Shown one piece after another: positions 10,655 through 19,065 of a DNA stretch of 64,000 nucleotides. A program made the translations under genes and the position numbers. The stretch covers positions 1-64,000 of the forward strand of contig CAWJET010000002.1 in the NCBI GenBank assembly GCA_963842085.1. The letters are read 5' to 3'. The notes under the pieces are model-generated. The model made no database searches. It saw only the letters and a program-made list of their open reading frames with translations, and had not been told where the DNA came from. Source of the DNA: an uncultured delta proteobacterium (GTDB lineage Bacteria > Desulfobacterota > Binatia > Binatales > Binataceae). Numbering within the stretch: the first letter of the stretch is position 1; every line of letters starts with the position of its first letter.

Positions 10655-10760
10655 GGCACACTTTCTCTTCCGCCAAATGATCGCCAAATTCCTCTGCGCG
10701 AGCGCGTGTCCAGAACCGCGTCGCCTCTGGTTGGTCACCGTTCAGGCGCGGATCGAGAAA

Positions 10761-10776
10761 CGGCATCGCCGTTGCT
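10761..10776 (+). promoter_or_regulatory. Sigma54 (-24/-12) promoter upstream of the excisionase-like gene
   Basis: CGGCATCGCCGTTGCT has GG-N10-GC spacing and is close to TGGCAC-N5-TTGCW. Confidence 0.65.
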
Positions 10777-10834
10777 CAATGAGTCCTCGGATGAGTGTGG
10801 GGTTGCGGGGATCTTTCGATGCCGGGGGTCTTCT

Positions 10835-11236
10835 ATGTCGTACCAACTGCCACACCCAGTCACGCCGCGGACACCCCTGTCGTCCGCAACGATCGACGAG
10901 CTTGTCTCCGATCCATCGCGCGCAAAAGGTCTGGTTCTCGAATCCGTTCCAGAACTCTTGACCCAGGTCGCGTCGCGCGTCGCCGCGCTCAAGACGCTCG
11001 AAGGCGCGCTGCTCTCCCTCATGCTGAGCCAGCGTATCGCGGCTCGAAGCTTCAGCAACACGAGTGCACTGTTGGCTGCGCCCGAACTCGCCAAGCTCTT
11101 CGGCGTCCCGGAATCGTGGGTCAGAGAACAGGCTCGCCTCGGCAACCTTCCATCGCTCAAACTCGGCCACTACGTTCGCTTCCGGATTGAAGAAGTCGAA
11201 CGCTACCTCACAGAACGCGCCAATCAAGCCGCTTGA
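10835..11236 (+). CDS. Excisionase-like HTH (HTH_17/MerR-like) protein
   Basis: C-terminal LLAAPELAKLFGVPESWVREQARLGNLPSLKLGHYVRFRIEEVERYL; just upstream of xre-int. Confidence 0.75.
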   Translation: MSYQLPHPVTPRTPLSSATIDELVSDPSRAKGLVLESVPELLTQVASRVAALKTLEGALLSLMLSQRIAARSFSNTSALLAAPELAKLFGVPESWVREQARLGNLPSLKLGHYVRFRIEEVERYLTERANQAA

Positions 11237-11270
11237 CTTCCGTTCGGTCGTGCTATACGCTACGTATAGT
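11233..11270 (+). promoter_or_regulatory. Sigma70-like promoter overlapped by an inverted-repeat operator; leaderless or near-leaderless xre-int mRNA
   Basis: TTGACT(11233)-N17-TACGCT(11256); CTATACG-cta-CGTATAG (11253-11269) lies just before ATG 11271. Confidence 0.6.
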
Positions 11271-11462
11271 ATGACTGCGGTGGAAATCCGTGCGCTCAGG
11301 GGAAAACTGGGCTGGACTCAGATGGCCTTGGCCGAGGCCGTAGGAGTAACCTCGAACACCGTGGCTCGCTGGGAGCGCGGCGAAATGGCGATCTCCGAAC
11401 CGGCCTCCAGACTGCTCCAGAAAATCGCCGCCGAAGAAAAGTTGCGGATTGGGAAGAGGTGA
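11271..11462 (+). CDS. XRE-family HTH regulator
   Basis: EIRALRGKLGWTQMALAEAVGVTSNTVARWERGE. Confidence 0.88.
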   Translation: MTAVEIRALRGKLGWTQMALAEAVGVTSNTVARWERGEMAISEPASRLLQKIAAEEKLRIGKR

Positions 11463-12736
11463 GGGCGCCATGGCTTCAATCAAACGGTTCCATCGAGAAC
11501 GGATGTAAGGGCGAGAATTGCGAATGCGCGTGGCGGCTTGACTACCGGCCTCTCGGAACCAGGGGGCCACGCAAGCGGCTTTATTTTCCGACCAAGAAGG
11601 CGGCTGAGAAGCATCTTGCCCAGACATCCATAAAGGTCACGCGCGGCGAGTATCTCGACCGCAGGCAAGTTCCCACATTCGCCGTCACAGCGGGGCAATG
11701 GCTCGAGTCCAAGATGGACCGCAGGCCCAGCTACACCGAGGCGCTGCGCGCCCGCCTCAACATTTATCTTCTGCCGCGCTTCGGCCCTCTGCGTCTCGAC
11801 CAAGTTTCCGTCGCACCCATCGAAAAGATGCGCGACGACATGCGCGAGCTCGGCCGCTCCACGATTACGATCAACGCCACCATCCGAATGATTGGCGGCA
11901 TTTATCAAATGGCAATCCGCCGCGGCCTCTGCACAGCCAATCCCGCCGACCGCGTCGAACGCGCCTTCGCGGGAGACCGAGAACTCAACGGCGGCGAAGA
12001 TATCCAAGCCGACCAGGCAACCCCTGAGACGGTTCTATCGCCGGAAGAAATCAGCGTCATGCTCGGCAACGCCGATCCCGGCCTCTACAAAACTCTGCTC
12101 ACGTTTCTTGCCGCAACGGGCCTGCGCTCCGGGGAGGCGCTGGCCCTGCGCTGGTCCGATTGCCAGCTCGGCGGACCCGAGCCAAAGATTTTCGTCCGGC
12201 GCTCCCTCTCTTGGACGCGCGTTCATGGCGAGGACGTGCGCGCGCGCTTCTATCCACCGAAAACAAAATCCGGCCACCGAGTGATCACCATCCCGCCGGA
12301 ACTCGCGACGGTCCTCAAAAAATGGCAGCTACAGTGCCCTCCGGGAGAACATGAGCTTGTCTTCCCAAATCCCGAAGGGAAGCCCCTGAGGCGGTCTGTC
12401 GCCCTCCGGCGCGGCCTCTGGCCGGCGCTTCGTAGGGCAGGGCTCCGGCGCGTCAATATCCACAGCCTACGGCATTCGTTCGCATCCGCCCTGATCGCGG
12501 CAGGCAGCCCCGTCACAGAAGTACAATCCATCCTTGGTCACAGCTCGCCGGCGATCACCCTAAACGTCTACGCGCATTGGTTCCGCGCGACCAAGACGAC
12601 GGCTATGGCGAGCGTCGTCCGAAACCTGCTTAAGACCGGACCGAAAAAAAGTGGGCAAAAAGTGGACAAAAATAGAGTGCCGAGCATCGCGCCCGGCGAG
12701 GGGCGCCTCGCCCAGATTTCTCGAAAACCCTTATAA
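11459..12736 (+). CDS. Tyrosine recombinase/integrase of island A
   Basis: TGLRSGEALALRW (R), KTKSG (K), HSLRHSFAS (HxxR), LGHS...ITLNVYAH (H/Y); ends next to the tRNA. Confidence 0.95.
   Translation: MRAPWLQSNGSIENGCKGENCECAWRLDYRPLGTRGPRKRLYFPTKKAAEKHLAQTSIKVTRGEYLDRRQVPTFAVTAGQWLESKMDRRPSYTEALRARLNIYLLPRFGPLRLDQVSVAPIEKMRDDMRELGRSTITINATIRMIGGIYQMAIRRGLCTANPADRVERAFAGDRELNGGEDIQADQATPETVLSPEEISVMLGNADPGLYKTLLTFLAATGLRSGEALALRWSDCQLGGPEPKIFVRRSLSWTRVHGEDVRARFYPPKTKSGHRVITIPPELATVLKKWQLQCPPGEHELVFPNPEGKPLRRSVALRRGLWPALRRAGLRRVNIHSLRHSFASALIAAGSPVTEVQSILGHSSPAITLNVYAHWFRATKTTAMASVVRNLLKTGPKKSGQKVDKNRVPSIAPGEGRLAQISRKPL
12650..12672. repeat. Tandem AGTGG(G/A)CAAAA repeat, possible arm-type integrase sites of island A
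   Basis: agtgggcaaaa agtggacaaaa about 85-105 bp from the tRNA 3' end. Confidence 0.45.
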
Positions 12737-12754
12737 TACTTGGTCTAAAAGAGA

Positions 12755-12838
12755 TGGTGCGAGAGGGGGGACTTGAACCCCCACGCCTTGCGGCACCGGA
12801 TCCTAAGTCCGGCGCGTCTGCCGTTCCGCCACTCTCGC
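12755..12838 (-). tRNA. tRNA-Leu (anticodon TAG), CCA encoded
   Basis: GCGAGAG TGGCGGAACGGCAGACGC GCCGGA-CTTAGGA-TCCGG, long variable arm, GGTTCAAGTCC, CTCTCGC ACCA. Confidence 0.97.
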
Positions 12839-12840
12839 GT
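12800..12840. repeat. att direct repeat (41 bp) within the intact tRNA
   Basis: atcctaagtccggcgcgtctgccgttccgccactctcgcgt is identical to 23920-23960. Confidence 0.95.
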
Positions 12841-12886
12841 GCAGAGAAAGTCCTTGAAGATACTACGCTTTCCTGAGACAGGACAG

Positions 12887-14104
12887 TCATTGGGCCGCTA
12901 CCAAGGGGCTGACTTTAGCGTGACTTTGGCGTTTCTGGGAATTTTCGGCCGAATGGAACGCTGAAAGCTTGAGTGCGGCTTCCTGAAGCATCGCTGAATC
13001 CACGATGGCATATCGCCGGTACACAGCCTCGGTCTTGTGACCTGTCATCTTCATCGCGGCCGAGCGGGGAATACCTGCGCGTTCCAGATTCCTCACCGCG
13101 GTCCTGCGGAAGTCGTGCACGAGGCGCCCAGGTATCCCGGCATCCTTGCACGCACTCTTCCAGGCGCCGCGAAAGTCTTTGATGCGGCTGCCCGCGGCAG
13201 AGCGCCCACCGCCCGGCGGATGCACGAACACCCATGGAATGATCTGGCCGATCGCCCGTTCAATTTCACTGACGCGTTCCCGCTGCGCTTCCAGGATCGT
13301 TCGCAGTTCGGCTGTGAAGGGGAAATCGCGGCCCTCGCCGTTCTTTGACTCGCCGGGCTCGAGCCGCACCCATCCGCCACTGAAATCTACGTGGCGCCAC
13401 TGCCGGGTGAGTAATTCCGACTTTGTGCGCCATCCGGTGATATACGCGACGGCCGCAACGGGCTGCAGGTACTCGGGAAGGTGCGTCTGGATGGCGCGGT
13501 GCTGTTCCAGCTCGAAGAAGCCCTTGCGTGCGTTATCGACGTGGAGCATTGAGAACTCAGGGCGCGCGCCAACCTTGCCGTCTTTGGCCGCCAGCTGAAA
13601 TCCGCGGCGCAGGATGGCCATCTCGTAGTTCACGGTTGATGGCTTGGCGCCGGCGGTGAGCCGATGCGCGCGATAGGCCGTGACTCTGCTGGTCGTGATG
13701 TCGCGGGCCTTGCGCAAGCCTTGAAAAAATTCCCGCAGATGAGTCGCCGCATACGCTACCCGGTCGCCGCTGCGCTGGGAGTTCGCCTTGTAGTCGTCGC
13801 CGACCATCTTGAGCAGGTCATCGAGCGTCGTCTTGTCGAGGGTCGGACCGACCGGCAGGCCGCATGCCGCATCGCCGGTCTTCTTTTTCAGCAGCCGGAG
13901 CGCATCCGCCCGGTTCTCAGAGTGCGCGTTCTCCGACATGCGCTTGCCGTTGACGTGGTAGACGATCCACCAGGTCGCGCAGGTTCTACTCGCTTGCTTG
14001 CGCGCCTCTTCAGCCGATAGGCCATCGGCCAGGTATTTCGCGAGGGCTCGCTTGTCTACGTATTTCGGCTGATAGACGTTGCCGAGTCCGCGTGCGGCCT
14101 TCAT
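12887..14104 (-). CDS. Tyrosine recombinase/integrase of element B
   Basis: AYITGWRTKSELL (R), ESKNGEGR (K), HDFRRTAVRN (HxxR), MTGHKTEAVYRRY. Confidence 0.95.
   Translation of the reverse strand: MKAARGLGNVYQPKYVDKRALAKYLADGLSAEEARKQASRTCATWWIVYHVNGKRMSENAHSENRADALRLLKKKTGDAACGLPVGPTLDKTTLDDLLKMVGDDYKANSQRSGDRVAYAATHLREFFQGLRKARDITTSRVTAYRAHRLTAGAKPSTVNYEMAILRRGFQLAAKDGKVGARPEFSMLHVDNARKGFFELEQHRAIQTHLPEYLQPVAAVAYITGWRTKSELLTRQWRHVDFSGGWVRLEPGESKNGEGRDFPFTAELRTILEAQRERVSEIERAIGQIIPWVFVHPPGGGRSAAGSRIKDFRGAWKSACKDAGIPGRLVHDFRRTAVRNLERAGIPRSAAMKMTGHKTEAVYRRYAIVDSAMLQEAALKLSAFHSAENSQKRQSHAKVSPLVAAQ
12911..12930. repeat. GACTTT(A/G)GC tandem repeats, putative arm-type sites of element B
   Basis: gactttagc-gt-gactttggc; the same 9-mer recurs at 23712, 23772 and 23783, and inverted at 23678. 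Confidence 0.75.
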
Positions 14105-14280
14105 GATTTTTCCCCTTCCCGCGCAACCGGCGTCTTAAGATAGGCTTCGAGCGCGGTAGTGGTAACGTCCTGAAGCGTTCGCCGCTCTTTGATGGCGCGG
14201 ATCTTCGCGCGCTCGATCAGATTCTCCGGTAGTCGCAAGGTCGTCTTTGACATTGGCTGAGTCTCCCGCTGTGTTTTCAT
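14101..14280 (-). CDS. Ribbon-helix-helix regulator coupled to the integrase
   Basis: SKTTLRLPENLIERAKIRAIKERRTLQDVTTTALEAYL; ATGA overlap with the int start. Confidence 0.75.
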   Translation of the reverse strand: MKTQRETQPMSKTTLRLPENLIERAKIRAIKERRTLQDVTTTALEAYLKTPVAREGEKS

Positions 14281-14316
14281 ATATGGGATACTGCCATATA
14301 GCCACACTACCGTCAA
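14280..14316 (-). promoter_or_regulatory. Sigma70-like promoter with overlapping inverted repeat; leaderless RHH-int transcript
   Basis: Minus strand TTGACG-N17-CAGTAT-N7-ATG; inverted repeat TATATGG-N7-CCATATA at 14280-14300. Confidence 0.55.
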
Positions 14317-14666
14317 GCCCTCTGAGTCTCGCGCCAGCGACGGACCTCGGTTGCCGAAGCGGTCAGGGACTTGCGGGATGTCCGGCGAATGAAGCTCAGC
14401 TTCTTGGCGTGCCGAAATACCCAGCGCCGCGTCTGCCCCAGCTCGGCCGCGATTTCCTCCGCGTTCAAGGTGCGGTCCGGTTGGGCCGAATCGGGCTTCG
14501 CCTTGGTGGTCGTTACCGGAGTCGTCACCAGCCGCGCCCAACACAACGCCTTCAACTGCTCAAGCTGGCCGATGAGCGACGCGAGCTCTTGCGGGTTCAG
14601 CTCTGCGATCAGCGCCGGTGGCGGTAGGTAGCTCGCGAGTTCTGTGCCGTTGCCGTTCAGGCTCAA
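14313..14666 (-). CDS. Excisionase-like HTH protein
   Basis: TLNAEEIAAELGQTRRWVFRHAKKLSF...EVRRW; same architecture as 10835-11236. Confidence 0.6.
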   Translation of the reverse strand: MSLNGNGTELASYLPPPALIAELNPQELASLIGQLEQLKALCWARLVTTPVTTTKAKPDSAQPDRTLNAEEIAAELGQTRRWVFRHAKKLSFIRRTSRKSLTASATEVRRWRETQRA

Positions 14667-14797
14667 GTCGGTCCTATGTGCACCTCGACGAGTCCGGGGG
14701 CCAGCGCGATGCGCGGCGAAGGAGTAGCAACTCCGCGCGATCTACGCGTCGCGTGGACGAGACGCGCTGCCAGCCCCCGGGGTGGGAAACACCACAT

Positions 14798-14974
14798 TCA
14801 TTCGCCCGCGACCGACGCCGCGACCCAGCCGTGCTCCAGGAACGCGCGGACGTCCTTTTCGTCGTTTATGACCAGGTAGCCGCCAGCGGACGGCGTATAT
14901 GTCGCGCCGCTCGCGCCCTGGTACACGGTCGCCAAGCTCAGCCCGGTGGGCGGACTTAATGTAAAGGTTGCCAT
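14798..14974 (-). CDS. Small hypothetical protein
   Basis: 58 aa, GGGAGA SD before ATG. Confidence 0.5.
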   Translation of the reverse strand: MATFTLSPPTGLSLATVYQGASGATYTPSAGGYLVINDEKDVRAFLEHGWVAASVAGE

Positions 14975-14993
14975 TGTCGTTTCTCCCATTATG

Positions 14994-15590
14994 TTATGCG
15001 CCGAGCGCTCGCGCCGTCCGCACGCGCGCCGCCGCCAGCTCGGCATTCATAGGTTTGATAGCTTGCGCCATCGCGGCCTTGACGAGGCTGACGATGGCCG
15101 CGGCGTTGGTGAAGTTGCCAGCGCGCCCATCGGGAGCAACGCCATAGCTATCGGTCGAAGTGCTAAGCCTTCTGCCCGGATTTGCGGCAACGATCCGATA
15201 AGTGTTCGTCGCCAAGTCCCGCATCCGCGACTGCTGGTCGATCGTCAGCGGCGCGACGACCTCTTGCTCCAGCGTCTGCACGTCGGCATCGCTAAGTCCC
15301 GGCGAAGTCCGCGGCCGGCCAAACGGTGCGACCTGCGGCGTGCCGCCGAGCATCTCCTCGGGCGTGATCGGCGTCAGATCGGCGGCGCGCTTCATCAGGT
15401 GGCGGCCCGCCAAGTGTGTGCGAACAAGATCGAGTCCGCGCGAGCCTTTCTGGAAGCGCTCCAGATCGGGTTCTAGCGACCAGCGGCCGTCGCTGCCCAT
15501 TACGAGCTTCTGCCCTTTGCTGATTTCGGGAATCGCCTTGCTGGTTGGCAGCAGGTTCAGGCGCCGTAGAGCGTCTTCTGTTGTACTCAC
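14994..15590 (-). CDS. Hypothetical protein
   Basis: GTG start with GGAGG SD; co-directional with neighbours. Confidence 0.55.
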   Translation of the reverse strand: MSTTEDALRRLNLLPTSKAIPEISKGQKLVMGSDGRWSLEPDLERFQKGSRGLDLVRTHLAGRHLMKRAADLTPITPEEMLGGTPQVAPFGRPRTSPGLSDADVQTLEQEVVAPLTIDQQSRMRDLATNTYRIVAANPGRRLSTSTDSYGVAPDGRAGNFTNAAAIVSLVKAAMAQAIKPMNAELAAARVRTARALGA

Positions 15591-15625
15591 TTTCTTGTCC
15601 TCCGTCGTTTGTGACACATAAAAAA

Positions 15626-16264
15626 TTAAAGAGTTTCCACCGCATCGCGGGCGGCGAGTAGGCGCAGAACGTCGCCCTTCTTTTCTGTCAGCACGCGCCG
15701 CTCGAGGATGCTGAGCGAGCCGCTGGGCCGGCAATCTATTCCACCGGCTGAGTTTGCCGTGACGATCACGCCGCGCGCGGCCAGGGCGTTCAGGACGTCT
15801 TCGACGGAAGTGTTGGCGACTTGGTCGGCCACGCGCGCAGCAGCTTGCGCCTCCCGCTGCGCAGCTTCTTGAGCGCGACGCGCGGCTTCGGCTTTCTGCA
15901 GCGACCGCGCATGATCCGCGACGGTCTCAATTACATCTTTCAAGGCGGCCCGCCCCGTCGGGCTGTCGAGCAACACGGTCAGCATTTCGGAGAATGCCCG
16001 CTGCGCCAGGTCGTACAGCGGCCCGCGTTGCGTAACGTGCGCGGCAAGATCGATTGCGGCCTCAACGTCAACAGCGTGGCCCTTCAGTTGCTCGAACGAT
16101 GCGTGATTGCGCTCAAGGATGCCGGCGTCGGCCCCATTAAATCGGGCGCTTTGATCAATCGCCGAGAGCCATGCCGTAGGGCTGGCGTTTCGCCAACGGT
16201 TGCGCCACTGCGCGATCTCATTCAATAGCGCCAGGTTTGCCGGTACTGGTTTCTCTTCCATCAC
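15626..16264 (-). CDS. Hypothetical protein with C-terminal TubC_N-like domain
   Basis: VEDVLNALAARGVIVTA...PSGSLS..ERRVLTEKKGDVLRLL resembles the TubC N-terminal docking domain. Confidence 0.5.
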   Translation of the reverse strand: MMEEKPVPANLALLNEIAQWRNRWRNASPTAWLSAIDQSARFNGADAGILERNHASFEQLKGHAVDVEAAIDLAAHVTQRGPLYDLAQRAFSEMLTVLLDSPTGRAALKDVIETVADHARSLQKAEAARRAQEAAQREAQAAARVADQVANTSVEDVLNALAARGVIVTANSAGGIDCRPSGSLSILERRVLTEKKGDVLRLLAARDAVETL

Positions 16265-16492
16265 TCAGTCTCCTTCGTTGCTCACCGACAGAAATTTTTC
16301 CAGCTCTTGTCTAGGCACCAGTCGGCGCCGACCTGCGTGTACGGATCGCAGCTCGCCTGATTGCAACATGAGCCTAATTTTGCCCGGACTTAGGCCGAGC
16401 GCCGCCGCGGATTCGAGCATCGAGAAGGCCAGCCGCTCAACGCTGGGGGCTTCGCCGTGGATGCCTTTGTGTGGGTTCACTTTTATCGCCAT
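16265..16492 (-). CDS. Excisionase-family DNA-binding protein
   Basis: LAFSMLESAAALGLSPGKIRLMLQSGELRSVHAGRRRLVPRQELEKFL. Confidence 0.8.
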   Translation of the reverse strand: MAIKVNPHKGIHGEAPSVERLAFSMLESAAALGLSPGKIRLMLQSGELRSVHAGRRRLVPRQELEKFLSVSNEGD

Positions 16493-16550
16493 GTCTCTAA
16501 GTGTTCGCTCTGGCAAATTGAGGCTCAAGCCCCAGAAACTTTTTTCTTCG

Positions 16551-16904
16551 TTAGTGGAACGCAGGCTCCCCATCGCTTTCCTCGCGGTGGCCAGTCTCGA
16601 TCTCGATGAAGTTGACGCCCTTATGCTGCTGAATGACCAAGTTCCAGACGTGCCCGCAAGATTCGCCGTCGATAACGATGACCACAGCGCTGCGGCGCCA
16701 TCCAGAGGAGACCTCCTTTGCGTGCGTTCCCGGGTACACGCGCGCCTCGTGTTCATCGCAGCCCATGCGGGTGAAGATTTCGCGGATATGTGAACAGTCG
16801 TCGCCACACACCGGGCACGCGAGGGTGACGTGGTCGGTGTAGGCTTCCCCGCCGCTTAACCAACGGATTGTTTGATCGCGAGTTACTTTTTTACGTCCGT
16901 GCAT
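16551..16904 (-). CDS. Hypothetical Zn-ribbon protein
   Basis: LACPVCGDDCSH...ESCGH; AAGGAG SD. Confidence 0.55.
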   Translation of the reverse strand: MHGRKKVTRDQTIRWLSGGEAYTDHVTLACPVCGDDCSHIREIFTRMGCDEHEARVYPGTHAKEVSSGWRRSAVVIVIDGESCGHVWNLVIQQHKGVNFIEIETGHREESDGEPAFH

Positions 16905-16930
16905 GGTTGATCTCCTTGTACACCGGTAGT

Positions 16931-17074
16931 TCTTGCAGCCTTCCAAATACATCAATAAAACAAACAACTATTACTATGTAAAAAATAGAATCTATTTTTG
17001 CACTCTTGCAGAGTTGGAAGGGCAAGAATGCAACAATGCAAGAATGCAGAGGTATAGAGAGATCTTGCAGCCTT
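16931..17074. other. Putative replication origin (AT-rich core, palindrome, iteron-like repeats)
   Basis: AT-rich 16945-17000; AAAAATAGA-A-TCTATTTTT (16981-16999); GCAAGAATGCA twice; TCTTGCAG at 16931, ~17004 and 17063; directly downstream of the primase-helicase. Confidence 0.6.
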
Positions 17075-17079
17075 GGACC

Positions 17080-19065
17080 TCATTCGGGGGGCGTTCTCCT
17101 GTCGGCCGGCGGTAGGCTCAGCCACCATTTGCCATCCTCTTTGCTAGACCGGACGCACAGATCCTTCCTCGCGGTGTTCAAGGTTCGAATCGAAATGCCG
17201 GCCGCAACGGCCGCTGCATCGACTTCTTTCGATAGCACCGGGCCTTCGCCTAGCATCTCCACGAGAAGCTGGCGCGCATCGTCGCGCTCTCGTGACGGTC
17301 GACCGCGGCCGCGGCTCTCGCCATCCTGTTCGCGTTCGCGTGCGAGGATTCCCTTCAGGTCGTCGTCAATCGCGCCCTTGACCCAGACCAGGCTTCCGCG
17401 GTCCTCGTTCTCTAGTCCCACGACTCGATAGGCCAATCCCGACATAGTCGGTCCCACGTTGCACTTGCCGAAAACCATGAACACGCGACCGTTGCGCATC
17501 TCTTGCCAGTCGGGATCTTCGGGATCCTTCACGAAGCCCCAAACGGCGCGAGCCGCTGCCGGGAATGCGATCGAGCCGCTTACCTTATCCAGTGCATTGC
17601 CGCTGTTGCCGCTGCCCTTGTTAAAGTGGGTCACCGCCAAAATCGCGACACCCCGTCGCTCGGCTAACTCAGCCAAGGGGTCGAGCACTTCTGACCGCAT
17701 CTCGGCGTTGTTATAGGTATCGCGGGCGCGCGACATGTAGCCGGACACCGGATCGATTAGCACCATTTTCGTGTTCAGATACTTATCCAGCAGTCGTTCA
17801 AGCTGAGGCAGGTCTCGTAGCAGGCTGAAACTCCGGCGCACGATCTCACCGGCCTCGTTCGCCTCGCGGATTCGCTTGACTACTTTGACGCGAGTCAGGT
17901 CTGCGCCGAGAAGACGAAGGCGAGGCACGATAGTGCTATCCATTGTATCCTCGGCCGAGAACACGATGCTGTCGACCTTTAGGTCATTAGGACTTCCGTC
18001 AGGCCATTCAGACCCATTGCTTAGCCGGGCCACGACGTCGAGAGCCGCGAAGCTCTTTCCTACACCGGGGATACCGACGAACAGGGTCAACATGTCGAGG
18101 GGAATCCTGTGATGCCAGAGCCATTCAACGGGCCTCTCTTTAACCAATGAGGCGTCGAACACCTCGAGTCCAACGAGCGGCAGCTCGACCTTGCGCGCTA
18201 CCATCACCAGTGCGCCCCATTCGCTCTCGAAGCCGCCGGGATCGCCGAGGCACCTTAGGTGAAGCTCATTCGCGTCTTTGACCGCGGCTCCCGCCATCTC
18301 GACAACGCGGACCTCGCCGCCGTATTCGATCTGCGCTAGCCGGCCAATGCAGCCCTTCTCGAAGGTCTCACCGCCAGGATCATTCTCGCGAACGATGTAA
18401 ACTTTCGAGAAGTCTTGAATGTGCGCAGCCTGCAATATTTTCGTGTTCTCAACACCCGGGATGCCGACCGCAGCGATGCCGTGCAACCAGAGGCTGAGGG
18501 CATCGGACTCACCTTCGACGAGCACCAACTCGCGCACATCGGCCTTGTGCCAGCCGGCTATGCGCCAAATTCCGTAGGCTGAGATGGGCCCGTCGCCCTT
18601 GCTCCAGATAAACCGTGGCATCGCACCCTTCTCCATCGTGAGCCGGATGTGCTGGCGCGCAGCCTTCTGCCCATTCATTAGGAAGTGATGAAACGTGAGT
18701 GCGCCGTTACTCTCGGTCACGCCGTGCTGTAATAGGAAGTCGAGCTCTAGGCCCTTGGCCTTCGCGAATGCCTCGAGTGTTAAGCTCGGCCTCGGCTTTG
18801 GCGCCGTTGGCGCTGTGCCGTTGCCCTTGCCGCGCTGCTCGTAGAACAGATCTGCGAGTTTCAATCCCAACGCCGCCGTGATCGTCTCGGCCGTGCAGTT
18901 CGCGCCCTTGCAGTTCACAAGAATGCGATCATCGCCCCGGCTCACCGATAATGCCGGCGTTTTCGTATTGTCGTGCGCGGGACAGAACGCTAGCACTCCA
19001 TTTCCTGCTCGCTGCTTGCGGCCTGGAAGCTTGTCAACAAAGGTTTCAAACCTCACCGCCCGCAC
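17080..19065 (-). CDS. Primase-helicase (Zn-binding domain, TOPRIM, RecA/AAA_25 helicase)
   Basis: FCPAHDNTKTPALS, LVEGESDAL, ENDPGGE, Walker A GIPGVGKS, SAED, Walker B VLIDP, VTHFNK. Confidence 0.9.
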   Translation of the reverse strand: MRAVRFETFVDKLPGRKQRAGNGVLAFCPAHDNTKTPALSVSRGDDRILVNCKGANCTAETITAALGLKLADLFYEQRGKGNGTAPTAPKPRPSLTLEAFAKAKGLELDFLLQHGVTESNGALTFHHFLMNGQKAARQHIRLTMEKGAMPRFIWSKGDGPISAYGIWRIAGWHKADVRELVLVEGESDALSLWLHGIAAVGIPGVENTKILQAAHIQDFSKVYIVRENDPGGETFEKGCIGRLAQIEYGGEVRVVEMAGAAVKDANELHLRCLGDPGGFESEWGALVMVARKVELPLVGLEVFDASLVKERPVEWLWHHRIPLDMLTLFVGIPGVGKSFAALDVVARLSNGSEWPDGSPNDLKVDSIVFSAEDTMDSTIVPRLRLLGADLTRVKVVKRIREANEAGEIVRRSFSLLRDLPQLERLLDKYLNTKMVLIDPVSGYMSRARDTYNNAEMRSEVLDPLAELAERRGVAILAVTHFNKGSGNSGNALDKVSGSIAFPAAARAVWGFVKDPEDPDWQEMRNGRVFMVFGKCNVGPTMSGLAYRVVGLENEDRGSLVWVKGAIDDDLKGILAREREQDGESRGRGRPSRERDDARQLLVEMLGEGPVLSKEVDAAAVAAGISIRTLNTARKDLCVRSSKEDGKWWLSLPPADRRTPPE

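Larger units (their letters stand above)
1..12754. mobile_element. Genomic island A at the 3' end of tRNA-Leu; left boundary not in the window
   Basis: Tyrosine integrase ends 18 bp from the tRNA CCA end. Cargo includes excisionase-like, XRE, ArdC and defence-like genes. No second 3'-tRNA copy seen in the window. Confidence 0.75.
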
